Positions 9,441 to 18,652 of a DNA stretch of 64,000 nt are shown piece after piece; position 1 is the stretch's first letter, and every line of letters starts with the position of its first letter. The notes beneath the pieces are model-generated. The model made no database searches, had not been told where the DNA came from, and was given only the letters and a program-made list of their open reading frames with translations. The DNA comes from an uncultured virus (IMG/VR IMGVR_UViG_2922252024_000010). Taxonomy: Duplodnaviria > Heunggongvirae > Uroviricota > Caudoviricetes. A program made the translations under genes and the position numbers. The DNA lies in the IMG/VR virus record IMGVR_UViG_2922252024_000010, one strand, 5' to 3'.

Positions 9441-10058
9441 TTACTGTTGATCGCTTGAATACATACCGGCGCTGATAATGGCCCCGCCAATTTCTCGCTC
9501 CCCATAGAGAACGGGAACGGGATACCCCATAGCCACCGTATTGACTGGCGCACCAAACGCATAGTTGGGTTTATTATCCGTACTGGAAGAGGCGCCAGTG
9601 TTAAACGATGGCTGCGGGGTGAGTAGTTGAACTACGCCGCCAAGCATCATTGAAACGCCAATGCCGGTCAGTACCGTTGTGGCGGTTATTGCACCCGCAC
9701 TCATTGCCGCCCCCCATGCAGCAAGACTGGCACCAGCTGTAAAAAAAGCAGCGACCAGCGCCACTGCACCGATCACTACCTGAAGTACTCCGGCATTTTT
9801 TGCCCCCTCAATAATGGGACTGATGCGGTATGTATCACTACCCAGAGTCATATCGAACTCTTCAAGCCCAATATTGCTTTTCCCGCTGAAAAAGGCGAAT
9901 TGGATCCCCTTCATATGCGCTTCTGACATGTATTTTTTAAATCCCGGCACCTGTGAGCACATCGCTCTCAGCATTTCACGAAGGTCAGCGACGTGGTATT
10001 GATGGCGTTTGCCAAATTTCTTCGCCATCTTGCCGTCAAGAATCAGTGTTTTCAGCAT
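9441..10058 (-). CDS. Tail assembly protein I
   Basis: GYPVPVLYGEREIGGAIISAG; synteny. Confidence 0.92.
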   Translation of the reverse strand: MLKTLILDGKMAKKFGKRHQYHVADLREMLRAMCSQVPGFKKYMSEAHMKGIQFAFFSGKSNIGLEEFDMTLGSDTYRISPIIEGAKNAGVLQVVIGAVALVAAFFTAGASLAAWGAAMSAGAITATTVLTGIGVSMMLGGVVQLLTPQPSFNTGASSSTDNKPNYAFGAPVNTVAMGYPVPVLYGEREIGGAIISAGMYSSDQQ

Positions 10059-10773
10059 TCACAAACTCCTTATGCCTCACCACCCGCACAGTTCTGTCGC
10101 GGTAATATTTTCCATATGGGGTACGTGACGACAGATGCCCGGACATATGATGCAGAATGATATTATCGCCAAGATATACCGCTGCATGGTTGGTAACCGA
10201 AGCCTGGATGCTCATCATGATAATGTCGCCTGGCCGCATCTCACGGGGAGCCACTTCGACAAAACCTTCCTGTTGCCAGTTGTCGTCGTAGAGATGCTCC
10301 TTTCCTTCCTCCCACCACTCATATGGTACCGAGTAGTCCCCCAGAACGAGAGCGAACTCACGCTGAAAATACTCCCGGATAAGCGACCAGCAGTCTGCGT
10401 AACCGAGTACCCAAGGACGCCCAACATAGTCACGATCCTCCCGCGGAGAAATCGTGCAAAAATCACCATCTGGCCACGACATGATCCCCCATTCAATACC
10501 AGACCAGTCGCACTGAATGCGGTCCATTTCTGACGGCACCAGTTGCACCACGTCAGGATGTGAGTGAATAATCATAATGATGTCACCCAGTTCCCCTGCG
10601 CCCATCCTGTCTTCAGGGGAAAGCGTAAACATTTCTTCCGGGTTGTCGGCAATATTGCGACAGGGAATAAACGTCTGCGAGAAACCAGTCTGAATTATCA
10701 CCCCACAGGCCTCTTTCGGGTATTCCGCAGCGACATGCTGGCGTATGGCATCCATCAATTTTTCACGCATCAC
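10036..10773 (-). CDS. Tail assembly protein K (JAB/MPN + NlpC/P60)
   Basis: EACG, HSHP, DCWSL, NHAAVY. Confidence 0.93.
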   Translation of the reverse strand: MMREKLMDAIRQHVAAEYPKEACGVIIQTGFSQTFIPCRNIADNPEEMFTLSPEDRMGAGELGDIIMIIHSHPDVVQLVPSEMDRIQCDWSGIEWGIMSWPDGDFCTISPREDRDYVGRPWVLGYADCWSLIREYFQREFALVLGDYSVPYEWWEEGKEHLYDDNWQQEGFVEVAPREMRPGDIIMMSIQASVTNHAAVYLGDNIILHHMSGHLSSRTPYGKYYRDRTVRVVRHKEFVNAENTDS

Positions 10774-11510
10774 TATTTCCCCTGCAGGTTAGCTGCCGGA
10801 AAACCACCAAACGGCAGAGGTGCATCCGGATCATGCCGATCCTGGCAATCCCGCCGCCGCCCGCCGCAGACATCTTTCGACGGGTCGTCGGTTGGTGTAC
10901 CGTTTTTTGTAAAATATTTAGTCCCGTTGTAGTCACATCCGGTGCCACTTCGATACCAGCCACGAAGGCACCAGGTACAGACAGGCGTGATCTGACGAGT
11001 TGGTAGCTGAAGACTCTGAATGTCGAAGGGTGAACACAGTTCAAAATCAACCTGAACTCGTGTTTCCACCGTTTTCGCATTCACATAGAAAAGCTGCACC
11101 CGCTCGTCAATCGGACTCGCATTCGGGTTGCCATTATCCCAGTTAGCCCCATCCAGATATTTTGCCAGCGTGGTGTGGATCTTTACTTTTGCCTTAACCA
11201 TGTCGTCATACTCAAGACACAGAGCCGTCACATAATTACCGACGTTACCGACAGACAGCATGGGGGTCGGCTGGACTCCCGTGCTCGAAAGTTCCATACC
11301 TTTAAGCTCATATGGATACGGATCATACTGATGCCCCTGCCAGATTATGGAAGGTAGATTATCCGCGGCAAACGACGCCCAGCCTTCCTCCTGGATGTTA
11401 TGAGCATGAAAGCGCAGAATTTTTTCCATGCCAAAGTCAGTCCCGTCAATCTCAACAAGCTGAATGAGACTGCCAGGTTCTAACTGTTGTATATCACTGA
11501 TAAAACTCAT
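10773..11510 (-). CDS. Minor tail protein L
   Basis: Conserved Cys cluster CTW...GCDY...DVCG...C and FGGFP. Confidence 0.93.
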   Translation of the reverse strand: MSFISDIQQLEPGSLIQLVEIDGTDFGMEKILRFHAHNIQEEGWASFAADNLPSIIWQGHQYDPYPYELKGMELSSTGVQPTPMLSVGNVGNYVTALCLEYDDMVKAKVKIHTTLAKYLDGANWDNGNPNASPIDERVQLFYVNAKTVETRVQVDFELCSPFDIQSLQLPTRQITPVCTWCLRGWYRSGTGCDYNGTKYFTKNGTPTDDPSKDVCGGRRRDCQDRHDPDAPLPFGGFPAANLQGK

Positions 11511-11521
11511 ACCTACCCCCG

Positions 11522-11549
11522 AAAAAAAAACCGCCCCTTAGGCGGTTTT
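11522..11549 (-). terminator. Terminator after the lipoprotein moron
   Basis: AAAACCGCC-taagg-GGCGGTTTTTTTTT on the - strand. Confidence 0.8.
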
Positions 11550-11573
11550 AATTTATGTAGAGTCTACAAAAAT

Positions 11574-11915
11574 CTATAAGCATGATTGAATTGCCTTTAT
11601 TCTCTTAACCTTTCCATTCCAAGGATCTAATGATCCTCGAAGAGAGTAATAATTAACTATTACGCTATTTTTTTCATAATAAACATCAACATTATCACTA
11701 ACCGCTAACACACTGTAAAATCCGTAAGTTTTTTGCGCGGTAACACTATTCCCTAAAGGTTCTTTTTGCCAAGAGGAAAGAATACATTCCTGAGTTTCCT
11801 GCGGAGTATGTGAAGACAAAAAAGTAGCAGTTATAGGCTGCTCACCTCGATAGTTATATATATTCATACAACCAGTGAGATTCAACGCGATTGCTAACAA
11901 CAATATCCTTTTCAC
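11574..11915 (-). CDS. AT-rich lipoprotein moron of unknown function
   Basis: Lipobox LTGC; two further Cys; inserted between M and L with its own terminator. Confidence 0.8.
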   Translation of the reverse strand: MKRILLLAIALNLTGCMNIYNYRGEQPITATFLSSHTPQETQECILSSWQKEPLGNSVTAQKTYGFYSVLAVSDNVDVYYEKNSVIVNYYSLRGSLDPWNGKVKRIKAIQSCL

Positions 11916-12007
11916 TTTTTATCACCTGTAGACGTTTATAAAACTAATGCATAGTGTTATTTGATGCTGTGGTTATGTCATTCATGATACATGATAAAAA
12001 AATAACG

Positions 12008-12346
12008 TCATGGGGCAAAAGCCTGCTCGAAAGTGAATGCTACTGTCGCTTTTATCCCGGAAGGGAATGAAACACTGAATGAATCAGCTTTCACCCGATA
12101 GAGATTTTTCTCCCCCCAGGGGTTTGTCCACCAGAAAGAGGCTGTGACATGGGACATCAGAAAAGCACGTAGCACAGCAGCCTCGCTTCGGGTTCCTGTC
12201 CAGTCCAGGTTCCATGTTTCGGACTTGTCGTTAATTCCCATCCCGACTATTTGCTTATACCCGTCACCGAACTGAGCCTGAAGCGTGCGGACATTTTCAG
12301 TTCCCTGAGCCGTTTTGCGTGTTCGCCAGTTAAACGTGTCTGTCAC
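12008..12346 (-). CDS. Minor tail (distal tail) protein M
   Basis: FGDGYKQ...GIN and FEQAF. Confidence 0.92.
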   Translation of the reverse strand: MTDTFNWRTRKTAQGTENVRTLQAQFGDGYKQIVGMGINDKSETWNLDWTGTRSEAAVLRAFLMSHVTASFWWTNPWGEKNLYRVKADSFSVSFPSGIKATVAFTFEQAFAP

Positions 12347-12348
12347 GA

Positions 12349-15300
12349 TTACCCCCTTGAGTAAAGTAATCCACCCGGACTTATCTCCTTTTTCAGACGG
12401 TCGGTGATAGTCTGCTGGACAATACCCTGCAACTGACGTGCTGTTCCTGCGGTACTCGCCTGGCTGACTTCTCCACCACCACTTTGCTGACTGATACTGA
12501 CCGGAGCATAAACGCTGATCCCCCCTATAGCCGGAACCGGCATATTACCTGCACCAACCAGGCCCCCCGAGGCATAACCGCGCATAAGTCGGTACAGATT
12601 GGACACACCGATGCGGCTGGTAGACTCTTTGGTGAAAACGAATTCTCCACGGTGGACAATACCGGCAGGCTCATACTTCCCGCCGTGTCCGGTGTAACCG
12701 CCAACGTCGTATCCTGGAGGCCGATAAGACGGCACACCAAACGACTGGCCTGACGTTGGCGCTTTCGCACCGCCACTCACCCAGCCCATCGCGCTCTGGA
12801 TGGCGTAAGCCACCAGCAACTGATTAATCACGGACACAATCATTTTGAGGATCGAACTGGTGAAGTCCTTAAAGCTGGCTTTGCCGGTTGTCACCAGGCT
12901 GGTAAGCTGGCCCGCCAGTCCGCTGAACGTTGCCTGTGAAATCTGCTGAACCGAACTAAAGACGTTTGTCGCTGAATCCTGATATTCAGCCCATCCCTGT
13001 TTGGCACCGGCCAGCCAGTTTGCGCGCAGAGCATCTTCATCTTTAAATGTCGCTCTTTGCTCTTCCAGAATCTTTTGCTGAGCCTGCGGATTATGGGCAT
13101 AGCTTTCACGCAGGCGTTCCAGAGTGGTTGCTCGCCCGGCATCGCGTGAAGAAACCCCTTCTGACTGCGCCTTAATACCCGCTCTCGCCGCCTTTTGCTG
13201 CTGCTCAAACTTCACGGCCTGATCGGCCAGTTGGTTGAGCTTTTGCTGACTGGCAACCTTATCGCCCAGGTCGGCCAGCTGCCGCTTGTACTCGAGCGTT
13301 TCTTCCTTGTGCGCCAGCAGGGATTTTTCCTGCGCCGTAAGCTGACGACGACCAGCGGCCTCCTGAAGAACTGTGAACTGATTTTCAGTCTGCCAGAGGT
13401 CCTGACGCTGTTTGCTGATAACATCGTTCACGCTGGTATGCTGCTCAAGCGTTTTAAGCTGGGCCTGAAGGGTGAGAAGTTCGGCCTGTGCTTTTTCTTC
13501 AGCTTTGTCCCCGGCTGGCGTTGAATAGCTTTTGCCTTTTGGGGTTTTGGCGTCCTTAAACTGCTTTTCGATCCCTGCCCGTGCTGCAGCAATGTCCTTG
13601 TCAGTCCACAGCGTGGCGATACCGTCTTTCGCATCCTGACGGTTTTTCTCAATAAGCTGACTGAGCTTTTTCTCTGCTGAAGCCCGCTTTTCTGCCGCCG
13701 TCGCGCCGGATTCCACCAACTGGTTAAACTGCTGCTGGCTGCGGATTGCCTGAGTTTGCTGATCCGTCCGCATTTTTTCCCGCGCGGCTGTCAGTCCTTC
13801 CTGGGCATATTGCTGATCAGCCAGATCATAAGCCTGCTTTTTAAGCTCCACCTGCTGGCGCGCGTTTCTCAGCCTTTCCGCATCAGCTTTCTGCAGAACG
13901 TTGTTACCGGCATAATCTGGGTCGACTTTAAGATTGCTGGACAGCGCGCGGTACTCTTTCTCTGCTGCCTGCCATTCAGCGAAAGAGTCCTGGCGCTTCA
14001 TCGCGGTGTCAGGATTACGCCCTACGCCCAGCATCGCATCCCACGCCCCGGAAGCAGCATTCTTCACCCAGTTCCACGCTTTTTCGAGAGAACCAAGATT
14101 GTCCTCTACAGCCCCCGCTCGTTGTATAACGGCGTCAGAATATGCCCGCATTGCCAGCTCGGCTGCTTTCTGCGAATCCCCCAGCGCCTGAGCAGAGGAA
14201 ATCTGTTCATACTGGGTGGCCGTCAGAAAATGCAGGGAATCATTGAGCGTCGCGACCGCGTTAACCGGATCATCCTTCAGGCGTTTAAACTGATTTATGG
14301 TTTCGTCGACGGCCTGCCCGGTAGCCTGCTGCAGCCTGGCGGCGACATTGCTGACCATGCTGACGTCATTACCGCTGAACGCGCCGCTTCCAACGACCTG
14401 CGCCAGCACGCCTGCAGCGGCATGCTGAGTGATACCATTACCGGCCAGCGAGCGCGCCAGCGCCTGAAGCTGACCGGATGTTTTACCCGCGTAGTTCCCG
14501 GTCAGGATTAGCTGTTTATTAAATTCCTCAGACTCTTTGCTGCCGTCATACCAGGCTTTACCCAACCCAACAACCGCCGCAGCAATCCCCCCGACCATGC
14601 CGGCCATGCCCAGCCCGCGTAAAGTCATCAGCTGATCTATCCATCCGGCGCGGTTGGCCAGCGTAATACCGGAACCACGAAGGGCACCAAAGTTACCGCG
14701 CATGACTTCGCCCATCAGAACGCCAAGTTCCCGACGCGCCGCAGCACTTTGCAGACCCAGCCCGTGCGTGGCGACTTTAGCCGCTTCAAGCTTACGGATA
14801 TAAACTTCTGCGGCATCACTGGCTCCAACCTGTGCAGCCTTCATTCGCAGCAGTTCGGTACCGGAGAGCTTTTGCTCCACAACCTGAGACTTCAGTTGAC
14901 GGAGAAAACGCGCCCGTGCAATCCCTGCTTTCTCTTCGACAATCTGAAGCTCTTTCTGTCGGGCTGTCGTATGAGAGATCAACGCAAGGTAATCCTGCTG
15001 GGTAATATTTCCCTGAGCCCTTGCGGCACGAAAGCGTGCCTGCACATTAGCGAGAGATTGTGTTTCTCCGTTCAACTGGCGAACACTGTCTATCTGGCGA
15101 AAAAAAGATGCAGCAAGTTCATCCTGCCGCCTTGCGAGCACTGCCGCCTGGCCGTCATTCTCACGCATGCGCTGGCTGAGGTCTGTCACCCGGCGGTGTG
15201 TTTCATCAACGGATTTAGATACTTTTTGCCAGTTTTGAGCCAACCCTTCCGTGGCGTCTGCCTGGCGGGATTTGATTTCCGCCGCTGCAGAAGCTCCTGC

Positions 15301-15480
15301 ATCCCCCACACTTTTTAATGCTGCAACCTGTCGCTCTGAGGCGCGCTGCATTCGCGTCTGGACTTTTTCAGAATCATCAGCCATCCCTGTGAGTTGGCCC
15401 TTTATGCGGGCAACCTGCTCGCTGAACGTGGCGCTGTCGACATCAAGGTTGATGACCAGATCGCTAATCTGCTGGGCCAT
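12349..15480 (-). CDS. Tape measure protein H
   Basis: 1043-aa alpha-helical protein; GGYTGHGGKYEPAGIVHRGEFV. Confidence 0.95.
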   Translation of the reverse strand: MAQQISDLVINLDVDSATFSEQVARIKGQLTGMADDSEKVQTRMQRASERQVAALKSVGDAGASAAAEIKSRQADATEGLAQNWQKVSKSVDETHRRVTDLSQRMRENDGQAAVLARRQDELAASFFRQIDSVRQLNGETQSLANVQARFRAARAQGNITQQDYLALISHTTARQKELQIVEEKAGIARARFLRQLKSQVVEQKLSGTELLRMKAAQVGASDAAEVYIRKLEAAKVATHGLGLQSAAARRELGVLMGEVMRGNFGALRGSGITLANRAGWIDQLMTLRGLGMAGMVGGIAAAVVGLGKAWYDGSKESEEFNKQLILTGNYAGKTSGQLQALARSLAGNGITQHAAAGVLAQVVGSGAFSGNDVSMVSNVAARLQQATGQAVDETINQFKRLKDDPVNAVATLNDSLHFLTATQYEQISSAQALGDSQKAAELAMRAYSDAVIQRAGAVEDNLGSLEKAWNWVKNAASGAWDAMLGVGRNPDTAMKRQDSFAEWQAAEKEYRALSSNLKVDPDYAGNNVLQKADAERLRNARQQVELKKQAYDLADQQYAQEGLTAAREKMRTDQQTQAIRSQQQFNQLVESGATAAEKRASAEKKLSQLIEKNRQDAKDGIATLWTDKDIAAARAGIEKQFKDAKTPKGKSYSTPAGDKAEEKAQAELLTLQAQLKTLEQHTSVNDVISKQRQDLWQTENQFTVLQEAAGRRQLTAQEKSLLAHKEETLEYKRQLADLGDKVASQQKLNQLADQAVKFEQQQKAARAGIKAQSEGVSSRDAGRATTLERLRESYAHNPQAQQKILEEQRATFKDEDALRANWLAGAKQGWAEYQDSATNVFSSVQQISQATFSGLAGQLTSLVTTGKASFKDFTSSILKMIVSVINQLLVAYAIQSAMGWVSGGAKAPTSGQSFGVPSYRPPGYDVGGYTGHGGKYEPAGIVHRGEFVFTKESTSRIGVSNLYRLMRGYASGGLVGAGNMPVPAIGGISVYAPVSISQQSGGGEVSQASTAGTARQLQGIVQQTITDRLKKEISPGGLLYSRG

Positions 15481-15811
15481 ATCGGATACCTCCTGTGATC
15501 CCCTCAGCTGCGGCCATCAGCGTGTCATCATCCGGTTCATCATCACTGATGATGCTGCCGGAAGGAGAAAGCAGGCTGAAATGTGCGGGGGTAAGTTCCG
15601 GATCGCGGAAGAAAATAGAAGAGATGGAATAAAGCAGCCCGGAAAAATGCGCATCGAGCTGCGCGTCCTGAAAATAATGTTCCCGGTAGAACTGGTGCCA
15701 GTCACCCAGCTCACCAGAAGTCATTCCAGCCAGCATGGCGCGCCAGTCGGGTCGCCCGAACTCGCGCGCCAGATTCAGGACAAATTTCAGCTCGCTGGCA
15801 AGGGCTTTTCC
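15464..15811 (-). CDS. Tail assembly chaperone T frame (gpGT C-terminus via -1 frameshift)
   Basis: -1 frame reads KALASELKFVLNLAREFGRPDWRAMLAGM, lambda gpT-like; slippery G-GAA-AAG at 15805-15811. Confidence 0.88.
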   Translation of the reverse strand, partial: GKALASELKFVLNLAREFGRPDWRAMLAGMTSGELGDWHQFYREHYFQDAQLDAHFSGLLYSISSIFFRDPELTPAHFSLLSPSGSIISDDEPDDDTLMAAAEGITGGIRYGPAD

Positions 15812-16218
15812 GCCGTAACAGCTTCTGCGCCTTCGGCCTCTGATGGGGCACCTGGATCGTCAGTGTTGTCATCATCAACCGGAACGAGCATGCCGGAGAG
15901 CAACTTAACCTGCATTTCAGCCTTGCCGATCGCTTCCGGCGGCCAGCCTTTGAGAACCTGCTGGTAAAGTGCTTCTTCGTCGGGACCTGCGGGGTCATTA
16001 TGCCAGAGAGAAAGTGCGATCACGCGCGCACCGCAGCGGATGTTTGAACCCACCAGACGGGCAGTCATTTCCTGATCGCTGATACTGTCGCTTTCATGGC
16101 CAAGTGTCTTTTCTTCCGCAGCCAGAAATTCAAGGTACTCAATACGCTGAAGCGCTGACAGTTCATTCAGCGTGGTGGATTCGCCAAGGTAGTTAAATGG
16201 TTCTTTTTTGAGGAACAT
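15787..16218 (-). CDS. Tail assembly chaperone G
   Basis: MFLKKE...LNELSALQRIEYL; GAGGAGG RBS. Confidence 0.9.
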   Translation of the reverse strand: MFLKKEPFNYLGESTTLNELSALQRIEYLEFLAAEEKTLGHESDSISDQEMTARLVGSNIRCGARVIALSLWHNDPAGPDEEALYQQVLKGWPPEAIGKAEMQVKLLSGMLVPVDDDNTDDPGAPSEAEGAEAVTAEKPLPAS

Positions 16219-16228
16219 ATCCCCCTCC

Positions 16229-16972
16229 TCAGGAAACGGTGACAGTGACTTTGCAGACTGCAACGAAATTGCCGTCGCTGGTCATAACAATAATGTCAGC
16301 GTTACCGGCTGCCACACCCGTTACGGTGATCGTGTTTCCGCTTACAGATACCGTCGCTTTTGCCCCATCAGAGGTTGCCACGCGGAACGAAGGATCCGAT
16401 GCACTGGCAGGATTAACCGTCACATTGAGCGCGGTGGTCGCTGCAACGGCGACGCTTGCCGTGGATTTATCCAGCGTAACACCTGTAACAGCAATGGGCG
16501 CAGAACCACTTTCTTCAGCCAGTTCGGGCTTGCCGGTATTGGTGATTTTCGCTGTGCGAGTAATGACCTCTTTTGCCGGGATAGCTTTACCCAGGCTGCT
16601 GCACCAGCCGCGGAAAACGTCGACGGTACCATTCGGATATTTAATCTTGTACACCCGGACAGAACCATCGTTAAACCAGGTGACCAGTTCTTTCTGTCCC
16701 TGTTCTCCCGGCTTCCAGGCAAGCGTAAGTGATGTATCCCCTGCCGATTTTGCCCCCTGAGCGGTCGCGTTCCAGTCGGCGTCCTCATCATCAAGGTAGG
16801 TGTCGTCATACGATTCGGCGGTCATTTCGCCCGGCGTCAGCTCTTTAATTTTCGCCAGACGGTTCCAGTCGATATCCGAGAGTGGGTTAGCGAAAGCGTT
16901 ACCCGTTCCTGTGTAAAGCCAGAGTGTGGTACCGGCGCCTTTTACGGGCGCCAGTGGATTGGGTGTAGGCAT
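16229..16972 (-). CDS. Major tail tube protein V with C-terminal Ig-like domain
   Basis: [18 protein letters not shown], lambda gpV-like. Confidence 0.95.
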   Translation of the reverse strand: MPTPNPLAPVKGAGTTLWLYTGTGNAFANPLSDIDWNRLAKIKELTPGEMTAESYDDTYLDDEDADWNATAQGAKSAGDTSLTLAWKPGEQGQKELVTWFNDGSVRVYKIKYPNGTVDVFRGWCSSLGKAIPAKEVITRTAKITNTGKPELAEESGSAPIAVTGVTLDKSTASVAVAATTALNVTVNPASASDPSFRVATSDGAKATVSVSGNTITVTGVAAGNADIIVMTSDGNFVAVCKVTVTVS

Positions 16973-16981
16973 AAATACCTC

Positions 16982-17383
16982 TTACATTGAATACGTTAAT
17001 GTGTACGTGAAATCGACGGAACCCCACGTGGCCATTTCATCATCCCGCTGGTAGTCATAGCCCTGGGGAGTCATTGTTTCGATTAATGCGTCAAGACCCG
17101 GAATGTCCTCCATCGCTGGATATATTTTCTCTTCCATCCAGGAATCCAGCGCTGTGTCAGGGCTGGAAGCCTTAAGAAACACCTCGATATGGAGCACGGC
17201 CTGCCACGAATCTTCATCGAGCGAATCACCGGTGTACTCCGCATCAGAGATATACACCGCCACCGCAGGCAGATCCTGCTCCTCCAGAAACACGGGACGC
17301 CCGTCAAACCAGGTAACGGTATCGGTGATATCAGCTTTCAGTTTCGCCAGAATGGCTGCACGTATAGCGCTGTGTCTGTTCAT
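16982..17383 (-). CDS. Tail terminator protein U
   Basis: HSAIRAA...FDGRP...YDYQRD. Confidence 0.93.
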   Translation of the reverse strand: MNRHSAIRAAILAKLKADITDTVTWFDGRPVFLEEQDLPAVAVYISDAEYTGDSLDEDSWQAVLHIEVFLKASSPDTALDSWMEEKIYPAMEDIPGLDALIETMTPQGYDYQRDDEMATWGSVDFTYTLTYSM

Positions 17384-17958
17384 CGCTTCAGGTGGATCCT
17401 CAGTTGGTTTTTCAGTGCTGCGGAAAGTTCTTTGGGCATGTCGCTTTCAATAAGGCGTTTTGAAATCGAGGTGAAAGCTACTGTCAGCGGTGTCTCAAGA
17501 GGAACTTTGACCACATCAATGGGATAACGGGCTTTACCTACGCGCCGCATGACCTGCCAGCGCCCGCTCGCCAGTTGTTGAATAAACGCATTGCGAAAGG
17601 TATAGGGTCCGATTTTAAGGACGCTGCCCGATCCGTTTCTGGCCCCTTTTTTACGCGACAGCCGGACGCGAGCAGTACCAAGCTTTATCGCGGGAAGATT
17701 ACCGCGGTTGATTTTTATTGACGCGACTGGACGATCGTGGCGGGCCTTGCGTAAACGGGAACGCTGCCGGACCAGACGAACCGGAAGCCCCGTTTTCCGG
17801 TTATCATCCACCTTTGCCTCTTTCGCTACAGTTTTGCTGCCCTGACTTATCGTTCTGCTGGCCACACGGTTAAGTGCTTTCGCAGTTGCCTCAGGAACGA
17901 TTAACCGACTGAGGCTGTTGAGATTCTGAATAGCCCTTTCCAGGCCTTTAACCGACAT
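17380..17958 (-). CDS. Minor tail protein Z
   Basis: KGLERAIQNL, NRGNLPAIKLG. Confidence 0.92.
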   Translation of the reverse strand: MSVKGLERAIQNLNSLSRLIVPEATAKALNRVASRTISQGSKTVAKEAKVDDNRKTGLPVRLVRQRSRLRKARHDRPVASIKINRGNLPAIKLGTARVRLSRKKGARNGSGSVLKIGPYTFRNAFIQQLASGRWQVMRRVGKARYPIDVVKVPLETPLTVAFTSISKRLIESDMPKELSAALKNQLRIHLKR

Positions 17959-17966
17959 CCCCCCTC

Positions 17967-18242
17967 CTATTCGATAAAGATGCGCGGCTTACCGTTAAAG
18001 CGCTCGTGACGGGTCAGATGGAATTCCTCCCCCTCAAAAATCACCACATCATTACGGCGTGGCTGGTAGCCAGCGGTAAACACCACCAGCGACCGCCCTG
18101 TTCCGCTTAAAGGCCCCATTTCTTCCAGAAACTCAGCCGGAATAACAATCATGGGATCCCCGTTGATGATCGCTGGCTTTCCCATTTTGTTCACCGTGAC
18201 CGCATCCATGCGGCTGACAAGTCTGTCAAAGGGATTAGGCAT
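17967..18242 (-). CDS. Head-tail joining protein (FII-like)
   Basis: Synteny; NPFDRL...RFNGKPRI. Confidence 0.75.
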   Translation of the reverse strand: MPNPFDRLVSRMDAVTVNKMGKPAIINGDPMIVIPAEFLEEMGPLSGTGRSLVVFTAGYQPRRNDVVIFEGEEFHLTRHERFNGKPRIFIE

Positions 18243-18561
18243 TGATTTTCACGGCTACAATTGCGGAACTGGCAGTTGCATCTTCCCAGGCAACCCCGGC
18301 CAGATCGGCACCTGTCGCGTCGTTCTGCACTTTGCCATCTTTGATATGAACCTGCTCACCGATGGTGATCGCATCGGTAGTCAGCTTAGGCAGCAGGAAA
18401 ACACCTTCGGCAAAACCGTCTCCTGTCTGGCCTGCCGCAATATCAGTAATGGCAATCGCCACGACTTTCCCCACCATCACCGGCGAACCACTCAGGATCG
18501 CAACGCTGCCCGTGTTGGCAATCTCAATGGTTTTGCCATGCTGTACAAAATTCTTCGCCAT
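18235..18561 (-). CDS. DUF2190-like head accessory protein
   Basis: MAKNFVQHGKTI...EGVFLLPK, follows the capsid gene. Confidence 0.8.
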   Translation of the reverse strand: MAKNFVQHGKTIEIANTGSVAILSGSPVMVGKVVAIAITDIAAGQTGDGFAEGVFLLPKLTTDAITIGEQVHIKDGKVQNDATGADLAGVAWEDATASSAIVAVKINA

Positions 18562-18652
18562 AAATTCAGTCTCCATCCAGCCCCATACGGGGCCGAATTC
18601 AGATACAAAAAAAGCCCTGATGGGCTGTGATGTGCTGCTTGAGTGGAAGGGA

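Noticed and set aside
13756..15318. Long + strand ORFs opposite the tape measure gene
   Set aside because: Antisense shadows expected from biased codon usage.
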